Assembly (NCBI GenBank): GCA_963799745.1
Contig: CAWCYH010000006.1
Coordinates: 68,047 to 132,046 of the forward strand
Direction: 5' to 3'
From: an uncultured Solirubrobacterales bacterium
GTDB taxonomy: Bacteria; Actinomycetota; Thermoleophilia; Solirubrobacterales; Solirubrobacteraceae
Length of the DNA: 64,000 bases
A program made the translations under genes and the position numbers. The notes beneath the pieces were generated by a model. It was not told where the DNA came from, did no database searches, and was given only the letters and a program-made list of their open reading frames with translations. Of this stretch, positions 44,575 through 53,168 are shown in pieces (position 1 is the first letter of the stretch; each line of letters starts with the position of its first letter).

Positions 44575-44593
44575 AGACAGGAGGGAGCCGGAC

Positions 44594-45937
44594 ATGGCCA
44601 CAGCGGAGGAGCAGTCGGTCAAGGTCGAGGATGTTCTCGCTGGCTGGCGCGAGCAGGGGATCCGCAACGTTCGCTTCGAGCTGCCGGACATGCACGGGAA
44701 CAGCCGCTCGAAGCTGGTACCGATCGAGCACGCCGCTCGTTACGCCGAGGACGGGCTCAACATGTACGGCGGGACGGTCGTGCTCGACAGCCGCTCGGAC
44801 GTGGTGCCAGGCACGCTCTACAACGAGGAGATCGGGTATGCCGACCAGCGCCTGAAGCCCGACCCGGTGACCGCCGCGGTTGTTCCCTGGGCGAAGGCCA
44901 CGGCTCGGCTGATCTGCGACGCCTATTGGGACGACGGGCGGCCGCTCGGGGCGGCGCCGCGGCAGGTGTTCCGCAACGTGCTGACCCGCTGCCGCGAACT
45001 CGGCTACGAGCCGCAGATCGGAATCGAGCCGGAGTTCTACCTGCTCGATCGCGATTCCAAGCAGCCCCTGTTCGAGGGCTACAACATCTTCAACACCGTG
45101 CGCAACACGTGGGTGCCCGCGGTCGAGCGGATCGTCGAGGAGACGCGCCGGTTCGGAATCGACATCATCACCGCCAACTGCGAGTACGCGGGATCGCAAT
45201 GGGAGATCGTGTTCGGCCCCAGCAGCGGGATGGCCGGCCCGGACGCCGCGTTCAGCTTCAAGAACGCCGCCAAGGAACTGGCCCACCAGGAGGGACTGAT
45301 CGCGAGCTTCATGTCAAAGCCGTTCGCGGACTCGGCCGGCTGCGGCGCCCACAACCACATCGGCCTGCTCGACCGCGAGTCGGGCGAGAACGCGATGGCG
45401 GATCCGGACCACGAGTGGGGCCTCTCGAGCGCCGGGCGGAGCTTCGTGGCCGGTCAGCTGCGGCACGCGCGCTCGATCTACACGCTGCTGGCCCCGACCG
45501 TGAACTGCCTCAAGCGCCGGCGCACCCATACGTTCAGCCCCACCAACGTCTCCTGGGGCCTCGAGGACCGCAGCGCGTTCGTCCGGATCAAGGGCGGCAA
45601 CGCCAAGAGCAAGCACACCGAGAACCGCGCGCCCACGGGATTGTCCAACCCCTACCTCGCCTCCGCCGGGCTGCTCGCGGCGGGCGTGCTCGGGATCGCC
45701 GATCAACTCGAGCTGGAGCCTCCGGCCGCCCGGCCCGCCGAGGAGGACGAGTCCAAGCCGAAGCTGCCGACCACGGTCGAGGAGGCACTCGCGGCGCTGG
45801 AAGCGGACGCGAGCATCGTCGAACTGCTGGGCCAGGAGTTCGTGACCGCCTACGCGGTGATGCGGCGCTACGAGCTGCAGCGGTTCGCCGACCACGTCAC
45901 CGACTGGGAGCTGCAGGAGTACCTCGAGCTCCATTGA
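44594..45937 (+). CDS. Glutamine synthetase family protein (gamma-glutamyl-amine synthetase candidate), copy 2
   Basis: AGGAGGGAG lies before the ATG. Contains IRNVRFELPDMHGNSRSK, IEPEFYLL, ANCEYAGSQWEIVFGP, SAGCGAHNHIGL, NCLKRR, NVSWGLEDRSAFVR and ENRAPTGLSNPYL. Confidence 0.9.
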   Translation: MATAEEQSVKVEDVLAGWREQGIRNVRFELPDMHGNSRSKLVPIEHAARYAEDGLNMYGGTVVLDSRSDVVPGTLYNEEIGYADQRLKPDPVTAAVVPWAKATARLICDAYWDDGRPLGAAPRQVFRNVLTRCRELGYEPQIGIEPEFYLLDRDSKQPLFEGYNIFNTVRNTWVPAVERIVEETRRFGIDIITANCEYAGSQWEIVFGPSSGMAGPDAAFSFKNAAKELAHQEGLIASFMSKPFADSAGCGAHNHIGLLDRESGENAMADPDHEWGLSSAGRSFVAGQLRHARSIYTLLAPTVNCLKRRRTHTFSPTNVSWGLEDRSAFVRIKGGNAKSKHTENRAPTGLSNPYLASAGLLAAGVLGIADQLELEPPAARPAEEDESKPKLPTTVEEALAALEADASIVELLGQEFVTAYAVMRRYELQRFADHVTDWELQEYLELH

Positions 45938-45974
45938 GGTTCGATCGCCACGGGGTGGATCCTCCTGGAGGAAA

Positions 45975-46490
45975 CTATTGCCGCTGGGGATCGAGCTGCA
46001 GCTCCAGCTCGATTTCGCCGCCGTGGCTGGCGCGAGCGCGGAAACCGAGTCGCCGCAACAGGGCGCGAGCGGGACGGTTGTTCCACAGCGTCGTCGCGGT
46101 AAGGACCGCAAAGCCGTTGGCGCGGGCGCGTTGCACGACCTGATCGGCCAGCACGGTCCCGATGCCCATCCGCTGCAGCTCGTCCGCGACCTCGATGGCC
46201 ATATCCGCGACTCTCGGTCGCTTGTCGTCCCGCACGTAGCGGCCCACGCCGACGATCGAGCCACCGCGTTGATCGACCGCGGCGACAGCGTCGTGATCGA
46301 CGTGATCGAGATCCGTGAAGTACGCGAGCTCCTGCGGCGTCAAGACGGCCTTCGGTGAGAGGAATCGCCGATAGCGCGATTCGGGGGTGAGCCGGGCGAA
46401 CAGCGCCGCGAGGCCGTCGCGATCGTCACAGCTGAGGGTCCGGAGTAGAAGCCGTGTGCCGTCGGTCAGAACCAGCGTTCGATGCGACAT
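45975..46490 (-). CDS. GNAT acetyltransferase of the Pat (protein lysine acetyltransferase) GNAT-domain type
   Basis: MSHRTLVLTDGTRLLLRTLSCDDRDGLAALFARLTPESRYRRFLSP, VDHDAVAAVD, IVGVGRYV, DMAIEVADELQRMGIGTVL and WNNRPARALLRRLGF. Start set at ATG 46490; the ORF track extends to 46571 through the palindromic box. Confidence 0.8.
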   Translation of the reverse strand: MSHRTLVLTDGTRLLLRTLSCDDRDGLAALFARLTPESRYRRFLSPKAVLTPQELAYFTDLDHVDHDAVAAVDQRGGSIVGVGRYVRDDKRPRVADMAIEVADELQRMGIGTVLADQVVQRARANGFAVLTATTLWNNRPARALLRRLGFRARASHGGEIELELQLDPQRQ

Positions 46491-46491
46491 G

Positions 46492-46508
46492 ACATCAGAC
46501 GTCTGATG
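46492..46508. promoter_or_regulatory. Palindromic box (A)CATCAGACGTCTGATG, copy 2
   Basis: Perfect 16-bp palindrome at 46493-46508, immediately upstream (2 nt) of the preferred GNAT start codon. It shares the 15-mer ACATCAGACGTCTGA with 27456-27470. Confidence 0.35.
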
Positions 46509-46745
46509 CGTTCTCATACTCCGCAAGACCGCGGTTAGCCGGCGATCTTCCGTCGCTGTGAGGACACTCACACGTCGCGGCCGTTGGGAAGAGAGAACAC
46601 CAACGGGCTTACGTCGACGTCGACCGCGTCGCTGAACAGCTCACGGCCATCGAGCGTGGTTAATGTCACAGACGAGGATCCACCCGGCGCGGGATAGTGG
46701 GATGGCAACGGGCGGTCGCGCCCGGCGCTCCAACCATTCAAGGAG

Positions 46746-47051
46746 GTGGACGTGGTCCGCCATCACCGCCACATCGCAGTCGCCATCGCACTGACGCTCG
46801 CGCTGATCGTAGCCGCACCGGCGTCGGCGAGGTTCGCGCGCGCTCTCCCGTCAGCCACAGCCCATCCCAGCCATCCCGCGAACACGGCGACGCTCGCCGG
46901 CGCCACCGCTCCGAGTGATGGCTTTCACTGGGGCGATGCCGGCATCGGAGCCGGCGCGCTCGTCCTGACGATGCTCATCCTCGGCGGCACCGCTACCGTG
47001 ATTCAAACGCGTTCGCGGACGGGCCGCCGCTCCCCGCAGCCGACGACCTAG
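46746..47051 (+). CDS. Small secreted protein with C-terminal FHWGDAGIGA motif, TM helix and Arg cluster (paralogue 1)
   Basis: AAGGAGG lies before GTG 46746/46752. Signal peptide IAVAIALTLALIVAAPASA, a Pro/Thr/His/Ala-rich ~35-aa middle, then GFHWGDAGIGAGALVLTMLILGGTATVIQTRSRTGRR. It is followed by its own terminator. Confidence 0.65.
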   Translation: MDVVRHHRHIAVAIALTLALIVAAPASARFARALPSATAHPSHPANTATLAGATAPSDGFHWGDAGIGAGALVLTMLILGGTATVIQTRSRTGRRSPQPTT

Positions 47052-47067
47052 AAACGCCATTCGATCG

Positions 47068-47117
47068 GGCCCGCGGGCAAGGGGCCGCTGCTTCCCCTCG
47101 CCCGCGGGCCTCGTTTT
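47068..47117 (+). terminator. Rho-independent terminator
   Basis: GGCCCGCGGGCAAGGGG...CCCCTCGCCCGCGGGCC is a long GC stem, followed by TCGTTTT. Confidence 0.7.
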
Positions 47118-47193
47118 ACGTGGCGGCAGCTGCGACGCCTCCCTCCGAGGCCGCCGGGACAATGTCGACGCCAGCAGCGACAAAGGAGACGAC

Positions 47194-48198
47194 ATGCCCG
47201 TCGGCAAGGCCAAAGCAGCAACCTCGGAGACGGCAGGCGACGAGTTTCACGTCGAAGTGCCGTGCTTCACGCACATCGACGAGGCGCGCATCCGGGATCA
47301 GCTAAAGCGCGATCAGTTCTTCTGGCTCGACCTCACCGCGCCCGGTCCCGGCGAGCTCGCCCAGCTGCGCAAGATCTTCGGCTTTCATCCCCTCGCGATC
47401 GAGGACACCGAGGAGTTCGGCCAGCGCCCCAAGCTCGACAACTTCGGCGATCACATCTTTCTCGTCTTCTACGGCGCCGTGAGCCAGGGCCCCCACGATC
47501 CCGAGCAGATGAGCGAGGTTCATCTGTTTGTCTCCGGTCAGTATCTGGTCACGATCCACCGTGACCCGGTGCCCGCGCTCGTCCAGCAGCGCGAGGAACT
47601 GGACGGTCGCCGGTTGCACAGCGAGCAGTTTCTGCTCTACCGCGTGCTCGATGCGCTGACCGACAGCTTCTTTCCGATCCTCGCCGACCTCGACACCGAG
47701 ATCGACGACCTCGAGTCGGCCGTCCTCGCCAACCCCACCGATCAGCAGCTCCAGCGGCTGTTCACGATCAAGCGCCAGCTCGTCGCGATGCGCAAGGTCG
47801 TGACCCCGCAGCGCGACCTGTTCGCCCGCTCGGTCGACCAGATCGCCGAGCTTCCCGGCCTCCAGCTCGACGAGCGCGACTACTTCCGCGACGTCTACGA
47901 CCACCTGATCCGGATCAGCGATCTGATCGACTCCTACCGCGACCTCCTGTCCGGCGCCACCGATCTCTACCTATCGACGGTCAGCAACCGCCAGAACGAC
48001 GTCATGAAACAACTCACGGTGATCGCCACGATCTTCCTGCCGCTGTCGTTCATCACGGGCTTCTTCGGCCAGAACTTCACCTACCTGGTCGCCAACCTGA
48101 TCCACGCTACGTGGACGTTCTGGGTCTTCGGGATCGGCAGCATGCTCGCCACGGCCGCGGTCTTGCTGGCGTTTTTCCGGCGCAAAGGCTGGGTCTAG
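47194..48198 (+). CDS. corA: CorA family divalent-cation (Mg2+/Co2+) channel
   Basis: AAGGAG lies before the ATG. Contains FFWLDLTAP, HPLAIED and two C-terminal TM helices with LTVIATIFLPLSFITGFFGQNF (the GMN motif reads GQN here). Confidence 0.88.
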   Translation: MPVGKAKAATSETAGDEFHVEVPCFTHIDEARIRDQLKRDQFFWLDLTAPGPGELAQLRKIFGFHPLAIEDTEEFGQRPKLDNFGDHIFLVFYGAVSQGPHDPEQMSEVHLFVSGQYLVTIHRDPVPALVQQREELDGRRLHSEQFLLYRVLDALTDSFFPILADLDTEIDDLESAVLANPTDQQLQRLFTIKRQLVAMRKVVTPQRDLFARSVDQIAELPGLQLDERDYFRDVYDHLIRISDLIDSYRDLLSGATDLYLSTVSNRQNDVMKQLTVIATIFLPLSFITGFFGQNFTYLVANLIHATWTFWVFGIGSMLATAAVLLAFFRRKGWV

Positions 48199-48320
48199 GC
48201 GACGAAAGGAGCGGGCGTTTAGCTAGACGGATGATCGAGCGGCCGGAGCCCATCCACTGCGACTTTCGTCTGGATGGCTTGATCTTGGCGGGAGGAAGTA
48301 GCAGGATTGTGTAAGGGCTA

Positions 48321-48431
48321 GGGACGGCGGATCACGGAAACGGGGGCTGGACGAACGCGATCCGGCGTCCCAGCCAGACGTCTTGGGGCGGCGGATCGCG
48401 GATACCGGGGGGTGGACGCCGCGATCCGGCG
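48321..48431. repeat. Two copies of a ~47-nt hairpin-forming unit between convergent corA and odhA
   Basis: 48321-48367 and 48385-48431 read gg(g/-)(a/g)cggcggatc(a/g)cgga(a/t)ac(-/c)ggggg(c/g)tggacg(aa/cc)cgcgatccggcg. In unit 2, CGGATCGCG pairs with CGCGATCCG (9-bp stem). The spacer contains AGACGTCT. Confidence 0.7.
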
Positions 48432-48481
48432 CCTCAGGCCCTCACCGCCCGCCGCCGCCAAACCGCCGCGACCTGAAGCTC

Positions 48482-51400
48482 CTAGCGGTCCCCCGGCAAC
48501 AGCCCCGGGAACTGCGACACCGCGGACTCCATGTCGAGCGCCGTGCTGACGATCCGGTGCTGCTCCCTGGCGTGCGCCACCGGGTAGCCCTCGCCCGACG
48601 CGGCCCGCTCCGGACGCCCGATATACCCGAACCGGATCCCGGAAGGCAGCAGCTGCCGCAGCCGCGCCGACATGTGAGCCCGCGCGCCCATGTTCCGCGG
48701 CTCCTCCTGGACCCACACCACCTCCGACAGCTTCGGATAGCTCTCGATCAGCTCGATCAGCTCCGACTGCGGGAACGGATACAGAAGCTCCATCCGGCCG
48801 ATCGCGATCTCCGGGCGCTCGGCCCGCAGCGGATGGCCCTCGAGGTCGTAGTACATCTTGCCGCTGCACAGGATCAACCGGGTCACCGCTGAAGGATCGA
48901 CACCCGGCTCCCCCAACACTGGCTGGAAGCGCCCCGATGCCAGCTCCTGCACCGACGATGTCGCCTGCTGCAGGCGCAGCAGCGACTTCGGCGTCATCAC
49001 CACCAGCGGCCGCTGCTTGGCGATCCGCGCCTGGCGACGAAGCAGGTGGAAGTACTGCGCCGGCGTCGTCGGGTTGGCGACGCGGATGTTGCCCTCGGCC
49101 GCGAGCTGCAGGAAGCGCTCGAGCCGAGCCGAGGAGTGCTCGGGGCCCGAGCCCTCGTAGCCATGCGGCAAGAGCAGGGTCAGCCGCGAGGTCTGGCCCC
49201 ACTTCGCCAGCCCCGAGATGATGAACTGGTCGATGATCACCTGCGCGCCGTTGACGAAGTCGCCGAACTGCGCCTCCCACAGCACCAGCGTCTCCGGCCC
49301 CTCCTGCGAGTAGCCGTACTCGAACCCGAGGCAGGCCATCTCCGACAAGGGACTGTTATGCAGCTCCATCGGCGCCAGCGCCCCGGCCAGGTGCTGCATC
49401 GCGCAGGCCTCCTGGCCGGTCTTCGGGTCGTGCAGGACCAGGTGGCGCTGTGAGAACGTCCCCCGCTCGGTGTCCTGGCCGGTCAGCCGGATCGGGATCC
49501 CCTCGGTCAACAACGACGCAAACGCCAAAGCCTCGGCATGGGCCCACACGATCCCCCCCGACTCCCCCAATGCCTCGCGCCGCTGCTCGAACTGCTTGAC
49601 CAGCTTGGGGTGGATCGTGAACCCATCGGGCACCGACAGCAGCTCGTCGTTGAGGACCCGGAGTCGATCCGCGGAGACCGCGGTCTTGACCTCCGGCGAG
49701 GCGGTGCGGTCGAGCTGATATTCGCCCGTCGCGTGCTCGACCTCCTTGGCCGCCGCGATCCGCTCCTTGAGCAGCTCGTGCTGGTCGGTCAACTTGGACC
49801 ACACCTCGTCGGTCATCTCGGTCGACTCCGCCTCCGAGACGACGCCCGCGTCGACGAGCTGGCGCGCGAACAGCTCGCGCACCGGCGGGTGCTTCTTGAC
49901 CACCTGGTACATCTCGGGCTGGGTGTAGGCTGGCTCGTCGGCCTCGTTGTGGCCAAAGCGCCGGTAGCCGATCAGGTCGATCAGCACGTCGTGGCCGAAC
50001 TCCTGGCGGAACGCGAACGCCAGCCGCACCGCCGACACGCAGGCCGCCACGTCGTCCGCGTTGACGTGGACGATCGGCACGTCGTAGCCCTTGGCCAGAT
50101 CCGAGGCCCAGGTGGTCGAGCGGGCGTCGTCGGGGTCGGTCGTGAAGCCGACCTGGTTGTTCTGGATCAGGTGGATCGTGCCGCCGACCGTGTAGCCGTC
50201 GAGCGCCTGCAGGTTCAAGGTCTCGGCGACCACGCCCTGGCCCGGGAACGCGGCGTCGCCGTGGAGGATGATCGGGATCGCACAATCGGTGTCCTGGTGG
50301 GCGTGGGGGCCCTGCCGGGTGGTCTGCGCCGCGCGCGTCGCGCCCGAGGCGACCGGGGCGACGAACTCCAGGTGCGAGGGGTTTGACTCCAGCCGCACGA
50401 TGATCGACTCGCCGCTCGGCAGCTGGTAGGAACCCTGGGCGCCGTGGTGGTACTTGACGTCGCCGGTCCCGCCCTGCGGGATCGTGGTGATCGGCTCGAG
50501 CGTCGAGGCCCCCTCGAACTCCGCGAAGATCGTCCCGTAGGGCCGCCCGAGGTTGTGCGCGAGGATGTTCAGCCGTCCTCGATGCGCGGTCCCGATCACG
50601 ACCTCCCGCGCCCCGCGCGTGGCCGCCAGCTGGACCAGCTCGTCGAGCATCGGCACGGTCATGTCGAGCCCCTCGACCGAGAACTGCTTCTGCCCGAGGT
50701 AGGCCTTGTGCATGAACCGCTCGAGCGCATCGACCTCCGTGAGCCGTTTCAATAGCGCCTTCTGCTCCTCGTTGGTGAGCGGCTTGCGGAACCTCCCGGA
50801 CTCGATCGCCTCGCGCAGCCACAGCCGCTGCCGGTGCGAGGAGATGTGCTCGATCTCGTAGGCGATCGGCCCGCAGTAGGTCTCGCGCAGGTGCGGCAGC
50901 GCGTCGGCGAGCGTCGCGCCGGGCACCGACATCCGGAGGATCCGCGCGGGAATCCTGGCCATCAGCTCGGGAGTCAGGTGCAGCGGCTCGGGGTCGAGCG
51001 CCGGATCGCCCTCGGGCTCGCGTCCCAGCGGATCCAGGTGAGCCGCCAGATGGCCGTGGGTGCGGTGCGCCTTCAGCAGTGAGGTCGCGGCCTGGACCGC
51101 CTGCAGGAGCTCCTCGTCGGGCGCGGCCGACGGTCCCGGCGCGGTAACCGGCGCGGCCGCGGCGGCGGCTGCCGCGGGGGCGGGCGGTGGCGGCAGCTCG
51201 GGGAGCTCCGTCCCTAGATCGCGGAATACCCCCTCATAAAAACCATCCTCACCCTGCAGCAGCGCCTCGATCCGCGCCAGGAAGCGGCCCGACTCGGCGC
51301 CCTGGATGACCCGGTGGTCATAGGTCGAGGTCATGGTCATGACCTTCTCGGCGCCGATCATCGCGCCGATCTTCTGGAGCCCGACCGGGTAGGAGATCGA

Positions 51401-53014
51401 GCCGGTAGCGACGATCGTCCCCTGCCCGACCATCAGCCGCGGCACCGAGGCGACCGTCCCGAGCCCGCCGGGATTGGTCAAGGTGATGTTGGCGCCGGTC
51501 AGATCGTCCGCCCCCAGGGTGTTCGTACGGGCCTTCTCGACGAGCGCGTCGTAGGCGTCCAGGAACTGCTGGAAGCTCAGCCGGCCGGCGTCGCGGATGA
51601 CCGGCACCATCAGCGTGCGGCTGCCGTCCTTCTTCTCGACGTCGACGGCCAGCCCGAGGTTGACCGCGCCGTCGTTGACGCGCTGGGGCTTGCCGTCGAG
51701 CTCGGCGAAGTGATGGGCCATCACCGGCATCTCGGCGGTCGCCACGCGCGCGATCGCGTACGCGATCAGGTGCGTGAACGAGACCCGATAGCCGGCGTTC
51801 TTGAGCTGCTTGCGGCGCTCGTCGAACGCGGTCACGGTGAGCGTGCGGAACGAGGTCGCGGTCGGGATCGAGCGGCTCTCCTCCATGTAGCGCGCGAGCG
51901 CCGCGGCGCCGCCCCGGAGCGGCTGGGCGCCGGGGGTGTCGGTTATAGGGGCGGCCTCGAGCCTGCCGCGCGCTCGGCCTCCGGCCCCGCTTGATTGCAC
52001 GGGGCTCGAGTCGTCCGGCTGCGGGGCCGCCCGGGGGGGTGTGGCCGTCGCGCCCGCGCCGTTGCCGGCTGCCGCCAGCACGTCGGCCTTGGTGATCCGG
52101 CCGTTGCGGGCGCTGCCGTGGACGCGCCCGACGTCGATCCCCTCGCTCGCCGCGACGCGCCGCGCCACGGGCGAGATGTTGGCGCCGTCGTCGCCGTCGG
52201 GCTCGCCGGCGCCATCCGGCTCGCCGGCGGCCGCGGGCTCGCCGGCGGCCGCGGGCTCGCCGGCGCCGTCGGGCCCTGCGGCGGCCGGGGTCCCGTCCGT
52301 GGCACTGCGGCTGGCGCTCCGCGTCATCCGCGCGATCACCTGCCCGACCGTGACCGTGTCTCCCTCCTCGGCCAGGATCTCCGTGATCGTCCCGGAGGCG
52401 GGCGCCGGCAGCTCCATGTCGACCTTGTCGGTCGAGATCTCGACCACCGTGTCGCCGTCCTTGACCGCATCGCCGGCCTTGACCGACCATTCGAGGATCG
52501 TCCCCTCGGTCACCGACTCGCCGCCGGTCGGGGTGACGATGTCGATTGTCTCGCCGATCGTCGCCTCGGTCGCCGCCTCGCCTTCGGCCTCCGTCGCGGC
52601 GCCGGCCGCCTGCTCCTGCGCCGAGGCGGGCGGGGACTCCGCCGAGACCGGCGTCTCGGGAACCGAGGGAGCGCCGTCGTCCTCCCCCGCTCCGCGCGTC
52701 TCGCCCCTGCCGGCCGCTTGGCCTCCAGCCTCGCTGGATCGGGCGGCGGGCGAGTCATCCGGCTCGGTCGAGATCTCGGCCAGCAGCGCGCCGATCGCGA
52801 CGGTGTCGCCCTCGGCCGCGTGGATCTTGACGACCGTGCCGGTCGCCGGCGCGGGGACCTCGGCGTCGACCTTGTCGGTCGAGATCTCGACGATCGTCTC
52901 GTCGACCTGGACCCGGTCGCCCTCCTGCTTATGCCACTGGAGGACGGTCCCCTCGGACACCGAATCGCCCATCGCGGGCATCACGACCTGCACCGTGTCA
53001 GTACCTACCGCCAT
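48482..53014 (-). CDS. odhA: Complete E2o-E1o fusion: two lipoyl domains, subunit-binding domain and succinyltransferase core fused to a 2-oxoglutarate dehydrogenase/decarboxylase E1 (Kgd/OdhA-like)
   Basis: 1510-aa uninterrupted ORF. Lipoyl 1 is aa 8-82 (MPAMGDSVSEGTVLQWHK, EISTDKVDAEVPAP) and lipoyl 2 is aa ~155-230 (GGESVTEGTILEW, EISTDKVDMELPAP). PSBD is aa ~279-317 (ISPVARRVAASEGIDVGRVHGSARNGRITKADV). The E2 core is aa ~365-592 (TSTYDHRVIQGAESGRFL). E1o starts at aa ~633 (HRTHGHLAAHLDPLG, GMAHRGRLN-like TAHRGRLNIL, ThDP region HGDAAFPGQGVV, LPHGYEGSGPEHSSARLERFLQL). Confidence 0.92.
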   Translation of the reverse strand: MAVGTDTVQVVMPAMGDSVSEGTVLQWHKQEGDRVQVDETIVEISTDKVDAEVPAPATGTVVKIHAAEGDTVAIGALLAEISTEPDDSPAARSSEAGGQAAGRGETRGAGEDDGAPSVPETPVSAESPPASAQEQAAGAATEAEGEAATEATIGETIDIVTPTGGESVTEGTILEWSVKAGDAVKDGDTVVEISTDKVDMELPAPASGTITEILAEEGDTVTVGQVIARMTRSASRSATDGTPAAAGPDGAGEPAAAGEPAAAGEPDGAGEPDGDDGANISPVARRVAASEGIDVGRVHGSARNGRITKADVLAAAGNGAGATATPPRAAPQPDDSSPVQSSGAGGRARGRLEAAPITDTPGAQPLRGGAAALARYMEESRSIPTATSFRTLTVTAFDERRKQLKNAGYRVSFTHLIAYAIARVATAEMPVMAHHFAELDGKPQRVNDGAVNLGLAVDVEKKDGSRTLMVPVIRDAGRLSFQQFLDAYDALVEKARTNTLGADDLTGANITLTNPGGLGTVASVPRLMVGQGTIVATGSISYPVGLQKIGAMIGAEKVMTMTSTYDHRVIQGAESGRFLARIEALLQGEDGFYEGVFRDLGTELPELPPPPAPAAAAAAAAPVTAPGPSAAPDEELLQAVQAATSLLKAHRTHGHLAAHLDPLGREPEGDPALDPEPLHLTPELMARIPARILRMSVPGATLADALPHLRETYCGPIAYEIEHISSHRQRLWLREAIESGRFRKPLTNEEQKALLKRLTEVDALERFMHKAYLGQKQFSVEGLDMTVPMLDELVQLAATRGAREVVIGTAHRGRLNILAHNLGRPYGTIFAEFEGASTLEPITTIPQGGTGDVKYHHGAQGSYQLPSGESIIVRLESNPSHLEFVAPVASGATRAAQTTRQGPHAHQDTDCAIPIILHGDAAFPGQGVVAETLNLQALDGYTVGGTIHLIQNNQVGFTTDPDDARSTTWASDLAKGYDVPIVHVNADDVAACVSAVRLAFAFRQEFGHDVLIDLIGYRRFGHNEADEPAYTQPEMYQVVKKHPPVRELFARQLVDAGVVSEAESTEMTDEVWSKLTDQHELLKERIAAAKEVEHATGEYQLDRTASPEVKTAVSADRLRVLNDELLSVPDGFTIHPKLVKQFEQRREALGESGGIVWAHAEALAFASLLTEGIPIRLTGQDTERGTFSQRHLVLHDPKTGQEACAMQHLAGALAPMELHNSPLSEMACLGFEYGYSQEGPETLVLWEAQFGDFVNGAQVIIDQFIISGLAKWGQTSRLTLLLPHGYEGSGPEHSSARLERFLQLAAEGNIRVANPTTPAQYFHLLRRQARIAKQRPLVVMTPKSLLRLQQATSSVQELASGRFQPVLGEPGVDPSAVTRLILCSGKMYYDLEGHPLRAERPEIAIGRMELLYPFPQSELIELIESYPKLSEVVWVQEEPRNMGARAHMSARLRQLLPSGIRFGYIGRPERAASGEGYPVAHAREQHRIVSTALDMESAVSQFPGLLPGDR

Positions 53015-53168
53015 CTCCGGCTTCTACTGTAACGCGATACGGGCGATCGGCCGGAGAAGTTGTGGCGCCGTGCTCAGGAGCTTGGCTGCCCGGCTCGGCG
53101 GGCGACCTCCGCCTGGACCGCGAGTGCATGCCGCGATCCGGTGGGCACCGGGGCGTTCACGCGAAGCG

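Noticed and set aside
47194-48198. CorA signature reads GQN (FFGQNF) instead of the canonical GMN.
   Set aside because: It is a single-residue variant in an otherwise typical CorA. I cannot judge its frequency in the lineage without a database, so it is noted in the feature evidence only.
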